A stretch of 64,000 nt of DNA from the IMG/VR virus record IMGVR_UViG_3300028591_000017, positions 29,677 to 93,676 of that record; one strand, 5' to 3'. Both the position numbers and the translations under genes were made by a program. Origin of the DNA: a virus (Duplodnaviria; Caudoviricetes). Of the stretch, positions 1 through 9,583 are shown piece after piece. The stretch's first letter is position 1, and the number at the start of each line of letters is the position of its first letter. The notes below the pieces were generated by a model. It made no database searches, was not told where the DNA came from, and worked only from the letters and a program-made list of their open reading frames with translations.

Positions 1-3000
1 GTCCGCCTTAAAGGCAACGCACTGTCCATCGAATACTGAATTAGTATTAGCGTCGCCCTTTGTTATTATCTTATCACCACTCTTGATATTCAGATTTTTG
101 TATACTTCGATTGACTGCGATATAATAGCTTCGATATCATCGGCGATATCATCCCAATTGTTTTTACGCTGAATAACAATATACTTGATAAACTCGTTAA
201 CGATTTCCTGTCTATTGCTATCAGCAATTTCACTCAACGTCTTCTTTGTTACATTAGAGCTGGCAATATCCATAACCTCCATCATAAGCTCCCTGTCAGA
301 CTCAGGGACACCAACCAGCGAGTCTTCTTTTATGCTTTCAATGATCTTTGATTTGAAAGCATCAGACTTCAGAAGCTCCTTGATATCATCTTTGTTATAG
401 TTGTTTATATCAACTTCTATACCAAATAATGTGGTCTTTTCGTCCCTAATGTTATCAAAGAATGCTCTTAGTATTGCGTCAAATATCGTTCCAACCGCTC
501 TTTCGTCCTTAGTTGAAACGCCCTTGAACGTTGATACCGCCTCTCCGGCTATAACGCTAGTTATTCCATATACATTCTTCCTGTTCTTGCCTATACCAGC
601 ATTAGCGGCATTCATTTCAGACAACGATCTGTTAGACTTACTTTGATCACTTGGTAACTCCTCGTTGGCAGGAACTTCCTCATCAAGAGGAACAAATGAA
701 ACTTCGTTACCAAGCCTTCTAAACATACTACCCTCTGTTATAGCAACACCACGTACATAAATATAGGTTCCTTCTGTATCAAGCTTGCCATTTGTAAAGG
801 ATGCTCCACATTCGAACATTCCTTTATCCTGCATAAATTCAGCTATGTTCATACCACTGGTTACCTCATCTTCGATGATACCTGGTAGCATAGCGTTAAC
901 AAAATCCTTTGTGAACTCCAACTCGCCGTCAGATATTCTGTTAGCGAAGTTTGTTGTCCTGAGGTTAAATGATAGCATTCCCAGATATTCTGTAAAGCTA
1001 TTTACGGTAGCCTCATCGTCATTCTTTAGAAGCTCTAAATCAAAACCGATATCTTCTCTCTCCTTTGTCTTATCGTTTATATACGATATGTATACAGATG
1101 GCCTGTCGCCATTCTTTCTAAACGAAATTGATGCATTGTATGTACCATCCTCTACATCAATCAGCAGGAATCTCTTCAGGTATTCTATAAACCTAGCGTT
1201 TACATCTCCACTCTCAGTGTAAAGGTTGCTTAATACAAAGTCTGCAAATCTTCTAGCATTTATGTTAGATTTACCAACTGAGCTTACGATGTTTACGCCT
1301 CTAAATGCAATGTTTCTTTCATTGCCATATCCGTCGTTTACTCTTACAATAAACTCAGCCTGTGATATTTTGTTGGATTGGATTGCTATATTTGCCGTTC
1401 CATTACATGGGGTCAGTATTGAAGAACCACTTCCATCTCTGTATGATGATACATAGTATACATTATCACTACCCATCTTGCAGTGATCCTTATGTATAGC
1501 GCTATTCTTTACGTTAGAAGCAAGCTTTTTATCTGCGTTTTTTATTGGGTGTGATACCACCACTAACCCTGGTCGTATATTATTGAGGTTATCGATATTG
1601 CCATCTATCTTTGCAAGAATGCCATTCACGAGTGATAATCTTGCATCCAGCAAGTTTCGTATCTCGTTTATATTTTTCTCCTTTGTTTTAAGAAATGCTC
1701 CAGCATTCTTAGATACAGATCTTCCATACAAATAACCTATCGTTGTATCAGTGCCGCTTCCGGCATCTCTTATTGCAATTTGGAATTCGATAGTGTTGAT
1801 GATATCCATCATCTGCTGCAATGTATTAGCATCGACTCCACCTGCAACGCTATTGTTGATGAGATCTTCGCTAAGCTTCTTTAGCTTCTCAGCATAACTA
1901 CTTAATATTTCTACTGCGTTATTCTCGTTAAGCTGTTCACCTATTTCATCAAATATCTTGTAAACTAACTTAGCCTTGGTTGCGGCCTGATTTTTGCCTT
2001 CAAATGCGCTAAGGAATGTATCTTTCTCTCCCTTGCCGGTTTCTATGTAATATACAAAATCAGCCAAGAAGTTCTCCGCACTCTCTTTAACACCTTGTGC
2101 GCTACTTCTTGTAGCGTTTTCATATTCATCTAATGCCTGCTGTGGTGCTAAGTCCTTACCAAAGATAATCAAGCATGAAGTAAAGGCTTCTTTGACACCC
2201 TTAGATACGCCATTTTTATCTAAGATAGCAATTATGTTATTATACAGATTGTTGCTATATAAGCCAGTCTGGTCTTCTGGTATGCTATTATCCTCTAAAA
2301 ACTTCTTTAGTTTCTCGTAGAAACTCTTAGCCCATTCATTTGAATTACCTGGAGTTGAAGACTCTATCTCCCCAACAATACTAGTCGCTACAGCCTTAAG
2401 CTTCTCAGCAAGCTCCTTTGATACATCATCATCTGCAGAACCGGGTATCTCATTATCAGCCCTGTCGCCAGGATTTTCATCACCACCGTCGTCATCAAGA
2501 TGGTTCTCGGTATCTGTTGTGCCGACACCAGTATCAGAATCCTTGCGCTCTGGCTTCTTATTTTGTTCGCCAGATGGCTCAAGCTCCTTATCCTCAGTAG
2601 GTATCAATACGACTGCTGAGTTATCGATAGCATTATCATTCTCATTTAGATTAAGAGACGACAATCTACCTGCTGTCTTTCTAAGGTTCTTAAGCAATTC
2701 CTTTTTCTTTGCCTTGTTCTCGCTAATAACTGATTTTACACCGCCAGATACAGACTCCTGTATATTGTTAGCAATAAGCTTCGTAAACTCACTAATCTCC
2801 TTATCGCTATTTGATATACCAGAAAGCAATGCCTTTATGAGATCACTGTTATCACTATTCGAAGTAAGCTCGTTTATACTATCTAATATAGCTTTCTCTG
2901 AGAATATAGCTCTCTTTAAGTAATCGAATAATGAATCAGTATCGTTTTTATCGTACTTAGTCTTGTTAGTTTTCTCTAGGTAGCCGACAAGCTTATCAAA

Positions 3001-6000
3001 CTCCTTACGTAATACATCATTATATCTATTACTGAACGTATCATAATCACCCTCAGGGAACAACTCTGCTTCTGTAGTTATGCCAGAATTATGCATTTTA
3101 GCAAGGAATGTTTTATACTCCTCTATTGCGTTACCACCCTTATCTGTAAGTGCAGCTGTTCCGCTTAATGCTATATTATTAAGCTGACTATCTGCATATG
3201 CTATAGCATGATCTCTGTTTTCTGCATACAGCTTCTTTGCAAATACATCTATTATCTGCTTGATCTTCTCGGCGTCATCTATTCCTAGCTTACTTTTTAA
3301 TTCATCAAGAAGCTTATCGCTACTATACTTAGCAAGTTTTTTCTCAAACGCAGATCCGGAATTCTCATGTGCTATGTTTATTATCGACTGAGCTATAATC
3401 CTCTTAATCAAATCAGATTGGGCGCCAAGCTTTCCAATAGCAACATCTCTTTCGGCTCTAGACTTACCATTTGATTCTATTATAGATTTAATAGACTCAG
3501 AAGCTATAGTTACGATATCACTACCATTGTTAGACTTTGATATATTCTCGATTATACCATCAAAGGCCTCACCCATAGATGCTTCGTTTATGCTCTTCAT
3601 TCTTGACAGCGCAGCGTGATTGGCTAACCACATATCCTTAAGCATATCATTATTCTCTATACCAAGTGACTTGAATACATCTCCGAATGTAATGTCAGAT
3701 ATTGACCTAATCTTGCCAAGTGTCCGCATATATTGCATCTCACTCATGAGGTTCTTTACTCCAGTTTCTGTATCTGACCCTTTGATAACATACCTATCGT
3801 CACCTATTTTGGTGTAGTCGTCCTTACTTCTGCCTGACAAGAACTTAGATATTCCGCTAGATGTAAATGTATCTAACTTATCATCAAGCTTCTCAACAAC
3901 CTGATCTGTTCTTCCTGACCTAGCAAGAAGATTGTATATATAAGCATTTCTAACTAACGCCTTTTGCTGAGATGTAAACGCATTCTGTATGCCAGAGATC
4001 TTTGCTTTGGTTGACTCAGATAACTTACTATCATCTCTACCAAATGCAGAAACCATATTAACCCTGGCGTCATCATTGCTTATTGGAGTTGCGTTTCCCT
4101 TTTCGTCAACATTAAATGCTATACCGGTGTCAACATCATTACCGTCTTCATCTTGTATTACTAGCGTGTACGGATCAGCGTCATTCTGTTTCAGAGTACC
4201 ACCTGATGATGCTATAAGCTGATTGTAACTCTTACCATGTATATTCTTTGCATTATGCACAATAGCTTCAGCGAGTGTCCTATTAGACGCCTTGGTGAAT
4301 GCCTTAGATGCAACATACTGACTTAATGTAGATGCGAGAAGTTTATCCTGCTCTGTGTACTCAGAAGTAGGCTTATTTAACCCAAACTTCTCAAGCAGTT
4401 CCTGGCCAACGGTACTAGTCTCATCAAACGCGCTAAAATCGCCCCTTTTTATGCGATCTAAGGCGTTTTGTATCTCGGAGGTTATAACTGCATCAGCGCC
4501 CTTCATCTTCTCGTTAAACTCAATAAAAAGGCGCTTCCTTTCGTCGTCACTAACAGACTCTAAGTTGTTGTTCTTTCTGTATGATTCAACATACGAATCA
4601 AATAGGAAGCTTCTTGACTCAGACATAAGTTTACTTGAGAATCTTTTGGACATAACAAAGTTTGCTGCCTTGTTTACCGCAGATGCCATCACACATTGAC
4701 CACCCATTGATGTTGCCAAATGTAGGACTATGTCTAGGTTCTTCTGGGGATCTACAACATCATCCCAGTTATTTATGTGCATTGCGCCTCCCCATATGTT
4801 GTTTGCGATTTCCTCGCCGGTCTCCTCGAGCAGTCCACTCGTAACACCCATTGTATACTTAGTAAGAAGCTTATTTGCTCTACCAAAGAATGTTCTCGAA
4901 AGTCTACTTATCCCAGGGATGTTATTTAGCGCTTTACCTATAAGGAATCCGGACCTCTCTGATCCATACTCGCCAGACGTTGCTTTCATCGCAACATCTT
5001 CAAATTCCTCTTCTGTATCTATAACCTCACCGTTGTTATATTTCCTAAACTGCCTATGGTATGTATCGTCGCTTGGTAATCTATATAAGTCACCGGTTTT
5101 ATATGAGTCGTATGTCCTTTGTCTCATCCCGAGGCCAATCGTATTTGCGTCGATATAACCCCATAATCCTATCATAGCAGCCTCATCACCAGTGGCAGCG
5201 GTCTTTGCAATAACATTAGCGAGTCTTGATGCCTGCTGACCTTCCTTGGTTAATTTGCCCGTAACGTATCCAACTGTTTTAGCCCACCTTTCTTCTGGAT
5301 TTGACGCTATGAACTCAATAGGTTTACCTACGAACTTAGCAGCCTTATTTACAAATGACCCAGTCTTACCTATCTTAGATAAATATCCTGCACCCTTACC
5401 TATCCAGCTTACAGCCTTAACCTCGCCAGAAATAGGTATTGCAAACTGAAGCATATCAAACGCTCCGTTTGCGTAGTCATATAGGTTAGATGAGTATCCA
5501 CTCTCCTTGAGCCCGTCGGATAGCTGTTGTGCCTTCTGGTTATAGTATTCAGACTCCAGCGCAAGCTTTTCAGAATCTCTCAATTGCTCACCTTTCTCGG
5601 CCTTATCCATAAGGTCTCCGGTACCATGATCTATGAAATCCCTAACACCAAACGTAATCAAGTCGCTCCAATACCTTGCACCATTGTCGTATAGATTATT
5701 CTTGAGAGACATACCAATCTTAGTTATGGTATGATTATCTGACATCATTATGTCTTGAGCCTCAAGTGTCTTTATTGCCTCTTCATTACGTCTTTTGGCT
5801 GTATATATAGCCTCCTTATCTCTTTCAAGATCTTCTGTTGGTTCAGGCATGGATTCACTTAATGCGTCAATCTCATCTTCCTTGGCCTCTATTTCAGCCT
5901 TACGCTTATATGCAGCCTGGAGTTGATGGTCGAGCATAGACTTCATTCTTATCGTCTCGAGGTAGTTTCTCGAAGCGTTCCCACTCTTCCTTCCACTATT

Positions 6001-7383
6001 GACCATGGCGTATTCATCTGTAATATCACCGGTCTTACCTGCGTCTACTACAGCTGAATAAATATTATCAACAAGAGAGAAGCCATCAAATCCCTTTCCT
6101 CTAATAGCATTAATAAGCCCTGTAGTCGTGTATAAGGCTGAGTTAATAGAACCACTGAGAAACATGTTTTTAGCTACATTGAGAGCACCTTTATCATTCT
6201 CTCTCTCGTAGCCCATATCTACGCCAGATATATTTCTCATCGCATTGCCGTATTTATTATTGAAATCTTCTGCAATACGATTCTCTTCGTCTTCCTTACC
6301 TTTTATCTTTATGTAATCATTGTAGAAGTTCACGGCGTTATCGATAGAGCCAAAATTCTTTCCAAGCCTTTCTGTATCCTCAGCTATCTTGTTCTCTACA
6401 TCAGCTATTCTCTTCTCTATATCAGCTCTTTGCTCAGGAGTTAGCTTTGGGTCTTCTAGTGCGGCTCTACCTGCATCTACGAATTTACCCATCTTATCCA
6501 AGCTTGTAATGCTCAACACATTACCTTTTCCAACCTCATCGAACGCACTGCGCTCTATGTTATATTTATCTGCTATGCTATTCTTCTCCTCTGCAGTCTG
6601 TCTGGCAGATATACCAAGGTTTGAGGCAAACTCCTTCATGTCATCAACTGAAGAAAAGTCCTGCATTGCAGACGAGTCTATTTTGTTCTTAGCTAATTTA
6701 AGATTCTTTCTAGCCTCCTTTAATGCAGATATGTTTTTTACATCTTCAACCAATTCGTCGGCTGATGAGCGATGATACATTGCATCCTGAAGTAATTTAC
6801 TTATTCCACCCTTTTCTTTTATCGCATTAGATGCCTTTTCTATCTTATCATCAAGTATGACGCCAAGCGCGTCTATATCATCCTGTGATAATAAATTATC
6901 CTCACCAAGCATCTTACCTGCGTCTATGCCATACTTTTTGTATCTATCATCACTGGCAGCCACAAGTCCGTTTATAGTGTCCTTAAGGAGCTTGGAACTA
7001 CTCTCCATGGAGTTAGTTCCGTAAGCATTCTTAAGGCTATTTATTGCAGATAGTATACGCTTAATAGGCTTGCTCTTAATAGATTTATTCAATTCATTAA
7101 GCGGAGCTGAGCTATTGGTATTCGAATTGTCGCTCGTCTCAATAACAGGTGTTGACTCTTGATCGCCCTGCTTTCTACCAGTAGGTTTTAGGTTGTTGTC
7201 GATTGAGCCTTCCTCTACGGCAGATGCTACAATTGCATCTTCGTCGTAATTCGACTCATCTGTATCATCATTAGAACGTTCATTGTAGTATTCTGCGATG
7301 GCATTCCTTTTCTTAGCTATAACATCAAGCATGTCCTTGCCACCATGCCTTATATAATCGCCCTCATTTAAAAATCTATTCAT
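1..7383 (-). CDS. Giant virion cargo/ejection protein (>2460 aa, 3'-truncated at window edge); may belong to the virion RNA polymerase/ejectosome cluster
   Basis: ATG at 7383 (MNRFLNEGDYIRHGGKDML...). Spot-checked frame is open, and absence from the ORF track implies no in-frame stop before base 1. Helical, charged composition with an 'LLEETGEEIANN' segment. Lies downstream of the muzzle and two other cargo genes, as in crAss-like phages. No RNAP catalytic motif recognised in the parts I read. Confidence 0.8.
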   Translation of the reverse strand, partial: MNRFLNEGDYIRHGGKDMLDVIAKKRNAIAEYYNERSNDDTDESNYDEDAIVASAVEEGSIDNNLKPTGRKQGDQESTPVIETSDNSNTNSSAPLNELNKSIKSKPIKRILSAINSLKNAYGTNSMESSSKLLKDTINGLVAASDDRYKKYGIDAGKMLGEDNLLSQDDIDALGVILDDKIEKASNAIKEKGGISKLLQDAMYHRSSADELVEDVKNISALKEARKNLKLAKNKIDSSAMQDFSSVDDMKEFASNLGISARQTAEEKNSIADKYNIERSAFDEVGKGNVLSITSLDKMGKFVDAGRAALEDPKLTPEQRADIEKRIADVENKIAEDTERLGKNFGSIDNAVNFYNDYIKIKGKEDEENRIAEDFNNKYGNAMRNISGVDMGYERENDKGALNVAKNMFLSGSINSALYTTTGLINAIRGKGFDGFSLVDNIYSAVVDAGKTGDITDEYAMVNSGRKSGNASRNYLETIRMKSMLDHQLQAAYKRKAEIEAKEDEIDALSESMPEPTEDLERDKEAIYTAKRRNEEAIKTLEAQDIMMSDNHTITKIGMSLKNNLYDNGARYWSDLITFGVRDFIDHGTGDLMDKAEKGEQLRDSEKLALESEYYNQKAQQLSDGLKESGYSSNLYDYANGAFDMLQFAIPISGEVKAVSWIGKGAGYLSKIGKTGSFVNKAAKFVGKPIEFIASNPEERWAKTVGYVTGKLTKEGQQASRLANVIAKTAATGDEAAMIGLWGYIDANTIGLGMRQRTYDSYKTGDLYRLPSDDTYHRQFRKYNNGEVIDTEEEFEDVAMKATSGEYGSERSGFLIGKALNNIPGISRLSRTFFGRANKLLTKYTMGVTSGLLEETGEEIANNIWGGAMHINNWDDVVDPQKNLDIVLHLATSMGGQCVMASAVNKAANFVMSKRFSSKLMSESRSFLFDSYVESYRKNNNLESVSDDERKRLFIEFNEKMKGADAVITSEIQNALDRIKRGDFSAFDETSTVGQELLEKFGLNKPTSEYTEQDKLLASTLSQYVASKAFTKASNRTLAEAIVHNAKNIHGKSYNQLIASSGGTLKQNDADPYTLVIQDEDGNDVDTGIAFNVDEKGNATPISNDDARVNMVSAFGRDDSKLSESTKAKISGIQNAFTSQQKALVRNAYIYNLLARSGRTDQVVEKLDDKLDTFTSSGISKFLSGRSKDDYTKIGDDRYVIKGSDTETGVKNLMSEMQYMRTLGKIRSISDITFGDVFKSLGIENNDMLKDMWLANHAALSRMKSINEASMGEAFDGIIENISKSNNGSDIVTIASESIKSIIESNGKSRAERDVAIGKLGAQSDLIKRIIAQSIINIAHENSGSAFEKKLAKYSSDKLLDELKSKLGIDDAEKIKQIIDVFAKKLYAENRDHAIAYADSQLNNIALSGTAALTDKGGNAIEEYKTFLAKMHNSGITTEAELFPEGDYDTFSNRYNDVLRKEFDKLVGYLEKTNKTKYDKNDTDSLFDYLKRAIFSEKAILDSINELTSNSDNSDLIKALLSGISNSDKEISEFTKLIANNIQESVSGGVKSVISENKAKKKELLKNLRKTAGRLSSLNLNENDNAIDNSAVVLIPTEDKELEPSGEQNKKPERKDSDTGVGTTDTENHLDDDGGDENPGDRADNEIPGSADDDVSKELAEKLKAVATSIVGEIESSTPGNSNEWAKSFYEKLKKFLEDNSIPEDQTGLYSNNLYNNIIAILDKNGVSKGVKEAFTSCLIIFGKDLAPQQALDEYENATRSSAQGVKESAENFLADFVYYIETGKGEKDTFLSAFEGKNQAATKAKLVYKIFDEIGEQLNENNAVEILSSYAEKLKKLSEDLINNSVAGGVDANTLQQMMDIINTIEFQIAIRDAGSGTDTTIGYLYGRSVSKNAGAFLKTKEKNINEIRNLLDARLSLVNGILAKIDGNIDNLNNIRPGLVVVSHPIKNADKKLASNVKNSAIHKDHCKMGSDNVYYVSSYRDGSGSSILTPCNGTANIAIQSNKISQAEFIVRVNDGYGNERNIAFRGVNIVSSVGKSNINARRFADFVLSNLYTESGDVNARFIEYLKRFLLIDVEDGTYNASISFRKNGDRPSVYISYINDKTKEREDIGFDLELLKNDDEATVNSFTEYLGMLSFNLRTTNFANRISDGELEFTKDFVNAMLPGIIEDEVTSGMNIAEFMQDKGMFECGASFTNGKLDTEGTYIYVRGVAITEGSMFRRLGNEVSFVPLDEEVPANEELPSDQSKSNRSLSEMNAANAGIGKNRKNVYGITSVIAGEAVSTFKGVSTKDERAVGTIFDAILRAFFDNIRDEKTTLFGIEVDINNYNKDDIKELLKSDAFKSKIIESIKEDSLVGVPESDRELMMEVMDIASSNVTKKTLSEIADSNRQEIVNEFIKYIVIQRKNNWDDIADDIEAIISQSIEVYKNLNIKSGDKIITKGDANTNSVFDGQCVAFKAD

Positions 7384-7439
7384 AGAATAAAAGTTATATT
7401 ATAAGTATATTTGGTCCTACTCCAACCATAATATTGCAT

Positions 7440-9581
7440 CTACTTTGCAGCTGTAGGCGTTCCAGTGGATCTTGCGCCAGGCCTATAAGCAGACCATGGC
7501 TTATGTTCTGATGTTCCAGCGTTTTTGCCAGCCTGCTTAGATGCAGCATCACGCATCTCGTCTTGTGCTATACTTCCAATAGCAACGCCAACCTTAAAGG
7601 TAATAGGACTATCCATTCTAATTTCCTGACTATTAGAGCCCCATGTATTAACGAGATCTTTGACCAATTTAACTCTATCGATCCTACCATCAACTTTAGA
7701 ATTAGCCACCATCCTTCTGGCAGTCTTAATGGCATCGTTTCTTGCTGGATCCTTACCAGGAGCTTCATTACTAAGGCTTTCGATAGCATCAGCAAAATCA
7801 TCAGGTTCTGCCGTACATTCTAATATGGCCGCCATAGAAGGAGATTTTTTATCCAATGCATTAACACCAACAGAGTTTGTCATTTTCATATGCTTGTCAA
7901 GTGCATTTTTATCATTAGGATTGTTACTGTCTGCCTTACTTGCATTGCTCTTCATATTTCTCAATACATCATTTGTGACAACAGTGTTTAACACCATGAA
8001 TGGGTTATACTTATCGCCTGCGCCTACAACCAGTCTGGTTTTACCATTTCCGTCTGTGTAAACTCCGGTAGCACTTCCCTTTATGTCGTAAGTTTCTGTA
8101 GCTGTTGAATAGAATGCAGTATATTCTGGTATGAATAAAACATCGTCCCTAAAGTTAGTAACCTTATTATCGTTAACGCTAGTTGAAGTCCTCTCCTCTG
8201 AATCACCCTCAGACTCCGTAGTTCTAACACGCTGTGTACTTATTCCGCAGTTATTGAATACGTCGGTTGTTACAACCTTTGAATTCTCGTGCTCAGAAAA
8301 GAATGTATTTTTATACTTGATTGCACTATTCTCACCAAGCCAGCCGGTGGCAGCACCTTTATCGTGAGCACTTATTATCATAATTGCCCTGTTATATGAA
8401 TCTTCGCTATCCCAGGTTTCCTTATCTATATATTTAGGCCTGCTGTTACCCCTATATGATATCTTGTTACCACGGGCATCTGTAATGAATGATGTCCATA
8501 TACCATCCTCGTTGTCCTCGTATTTACCATTATCAAAGTATGCCCATTTTGCTCTGGCTACATTATGAACATTCTCTATCCAGTCTATATCGTCACCAAC
8601 CAATTTTGGTTTATTACCACTACCGCTACCATCCTTCGGTAATTGTCTATTTATCTTTCCAAACGTCCTATTGTATCCAAGGCCATATATATACTCCCTA
8701 GCAAGAGCATCAATTCCATTGCCAAATGAAATAGGACTTTCTTCATCTGAAACAAACCCGCTTCCCTTTGGTTTCTGCTTAAACATATATGGAGTATATC
8801 TACCTGTTCCGGTAAAATCATCTTTTAGTATTGCAGTCCCCTTAGCAGTTGTTTTAATAGACCCGTCGTCATTTAGGACAACATGATCCTTTAGTAATTC
8901 GTAATAATCCGATTTATCTCCGTATCTTCCAAGGTCATTAAGCATCAGTACAGCCTTAAGTCTAGCACCAGTCATTATATCGCTCTTGTCTGGAATCATG
9001 GATACGTCTTCTGCCCAATGGCCTGGATTATATGCCTCTGTTGAAGTTAATCCATTGTCGTTGCGCTCAGACTTTGATTTATCTACATAGTCTGCAACCC
9101 ACGAATCTTCTGATTTCAAATAATGGAAACCATTGGCCTCATTTCCTTTCATCCTGCCATCCTGATTATAAAGATTTGTTGCCTCATCTACAGCCTGAAC
9201 TTGCAGTTGGTCTAGATTCAATTCCGTTGCATCCCCTCTTCTTTTGTCAGCCTGTTTTTGAGCACCCTTCTGATATGCAAGCACAGGGCTCATATTCTTA
9301 TTTAGATCCCTGCTAAAATCACCTGGAGCCATATTGGTTCCCAATGAAGATATCCTCTCAATTTCAGACTTTATATAATCATTAGCCTCAGATGTAAAGT
9401 CGTCATTTATGTCTGTGACATACATCTCATTGAGGTTCTTTAGTTTCTCGGCTCTAGCATCTGCATTATCCTTTGCATCCTGTCTAGCTCTATTGGCAAA
9501 GTCATTCAATGCTTTCCAGTCTATAGGTTCGTACGTGGACACAAAGTCCATGTCGTTCCATTGTTCAAATAAATTAACCAT
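7440..9581 (-). CDS. Putative virion cargo/ejection protein (713 aa)
   Basis: Long ORF with N-terminal 'YEPIDWKAL' and helical segment; synteny between cargo genes. Confidence 0.6.
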   Translation of the reverse strand: MVNLFEQWNDMDFVSTYEPIDWKALNDFANRARQDAKDNADARAEKLKNLNEMYVTDINDDFTSEANDYIKSEIERISSLGTNMAPGDFSRDLNKNMSPVLAYQKGAQKQADKRRGDATELNLDQLQVQAVDEATNLYNQDGRMKGNEANGFHYLKSEDSWVADYVDKSKSERNDNGLTSTEAYNPGHWAEDVSMIPDKSDIMTGARLKAVLMLNDLGRYGDKSDYYELLKDHVVLNDDGSIKTTAKGTAILKDDFTGTGRYTPYMFKQKPKGSGFVSDEESPISFGNGIDALAREYIYGLGYNRTFGKINRQLPKDGSGSGNKPKLVGDDIDWIENVHNVARAKWAYFDNGKYEDNEDGIWTSFITDARGNKISYRGNSRPKYIDKETWDSEDSYNRAIMIISAHDKGAATGWLGENSAIKYKNTFFSEHENSKVVTTDVFNNCGISTQRVRTTESEGDSEERTSTSVNDNKVTNFRDDVLFIPEYTAFYSTATETYDIKGSATGVYTDGNGKTRLVVGAGDKYNPFMVLNTVVTNDVLRNMKSNASKADSNNPNDKNALDKHMKMTNSVGVNALDKKSPSMAAILECTAEPDDFADAIESLSNEAPGKDPARNDAIKTARRMVANSKVDGRIDRVKLVKDLVNTWGSNSQEIRMDSPITFKVGVAIGSIAQDEMRDAASKQAGKNAGTSEHKPWSAYRPGARSTGTPTAAK

Positions 9582-9583
9582 AG

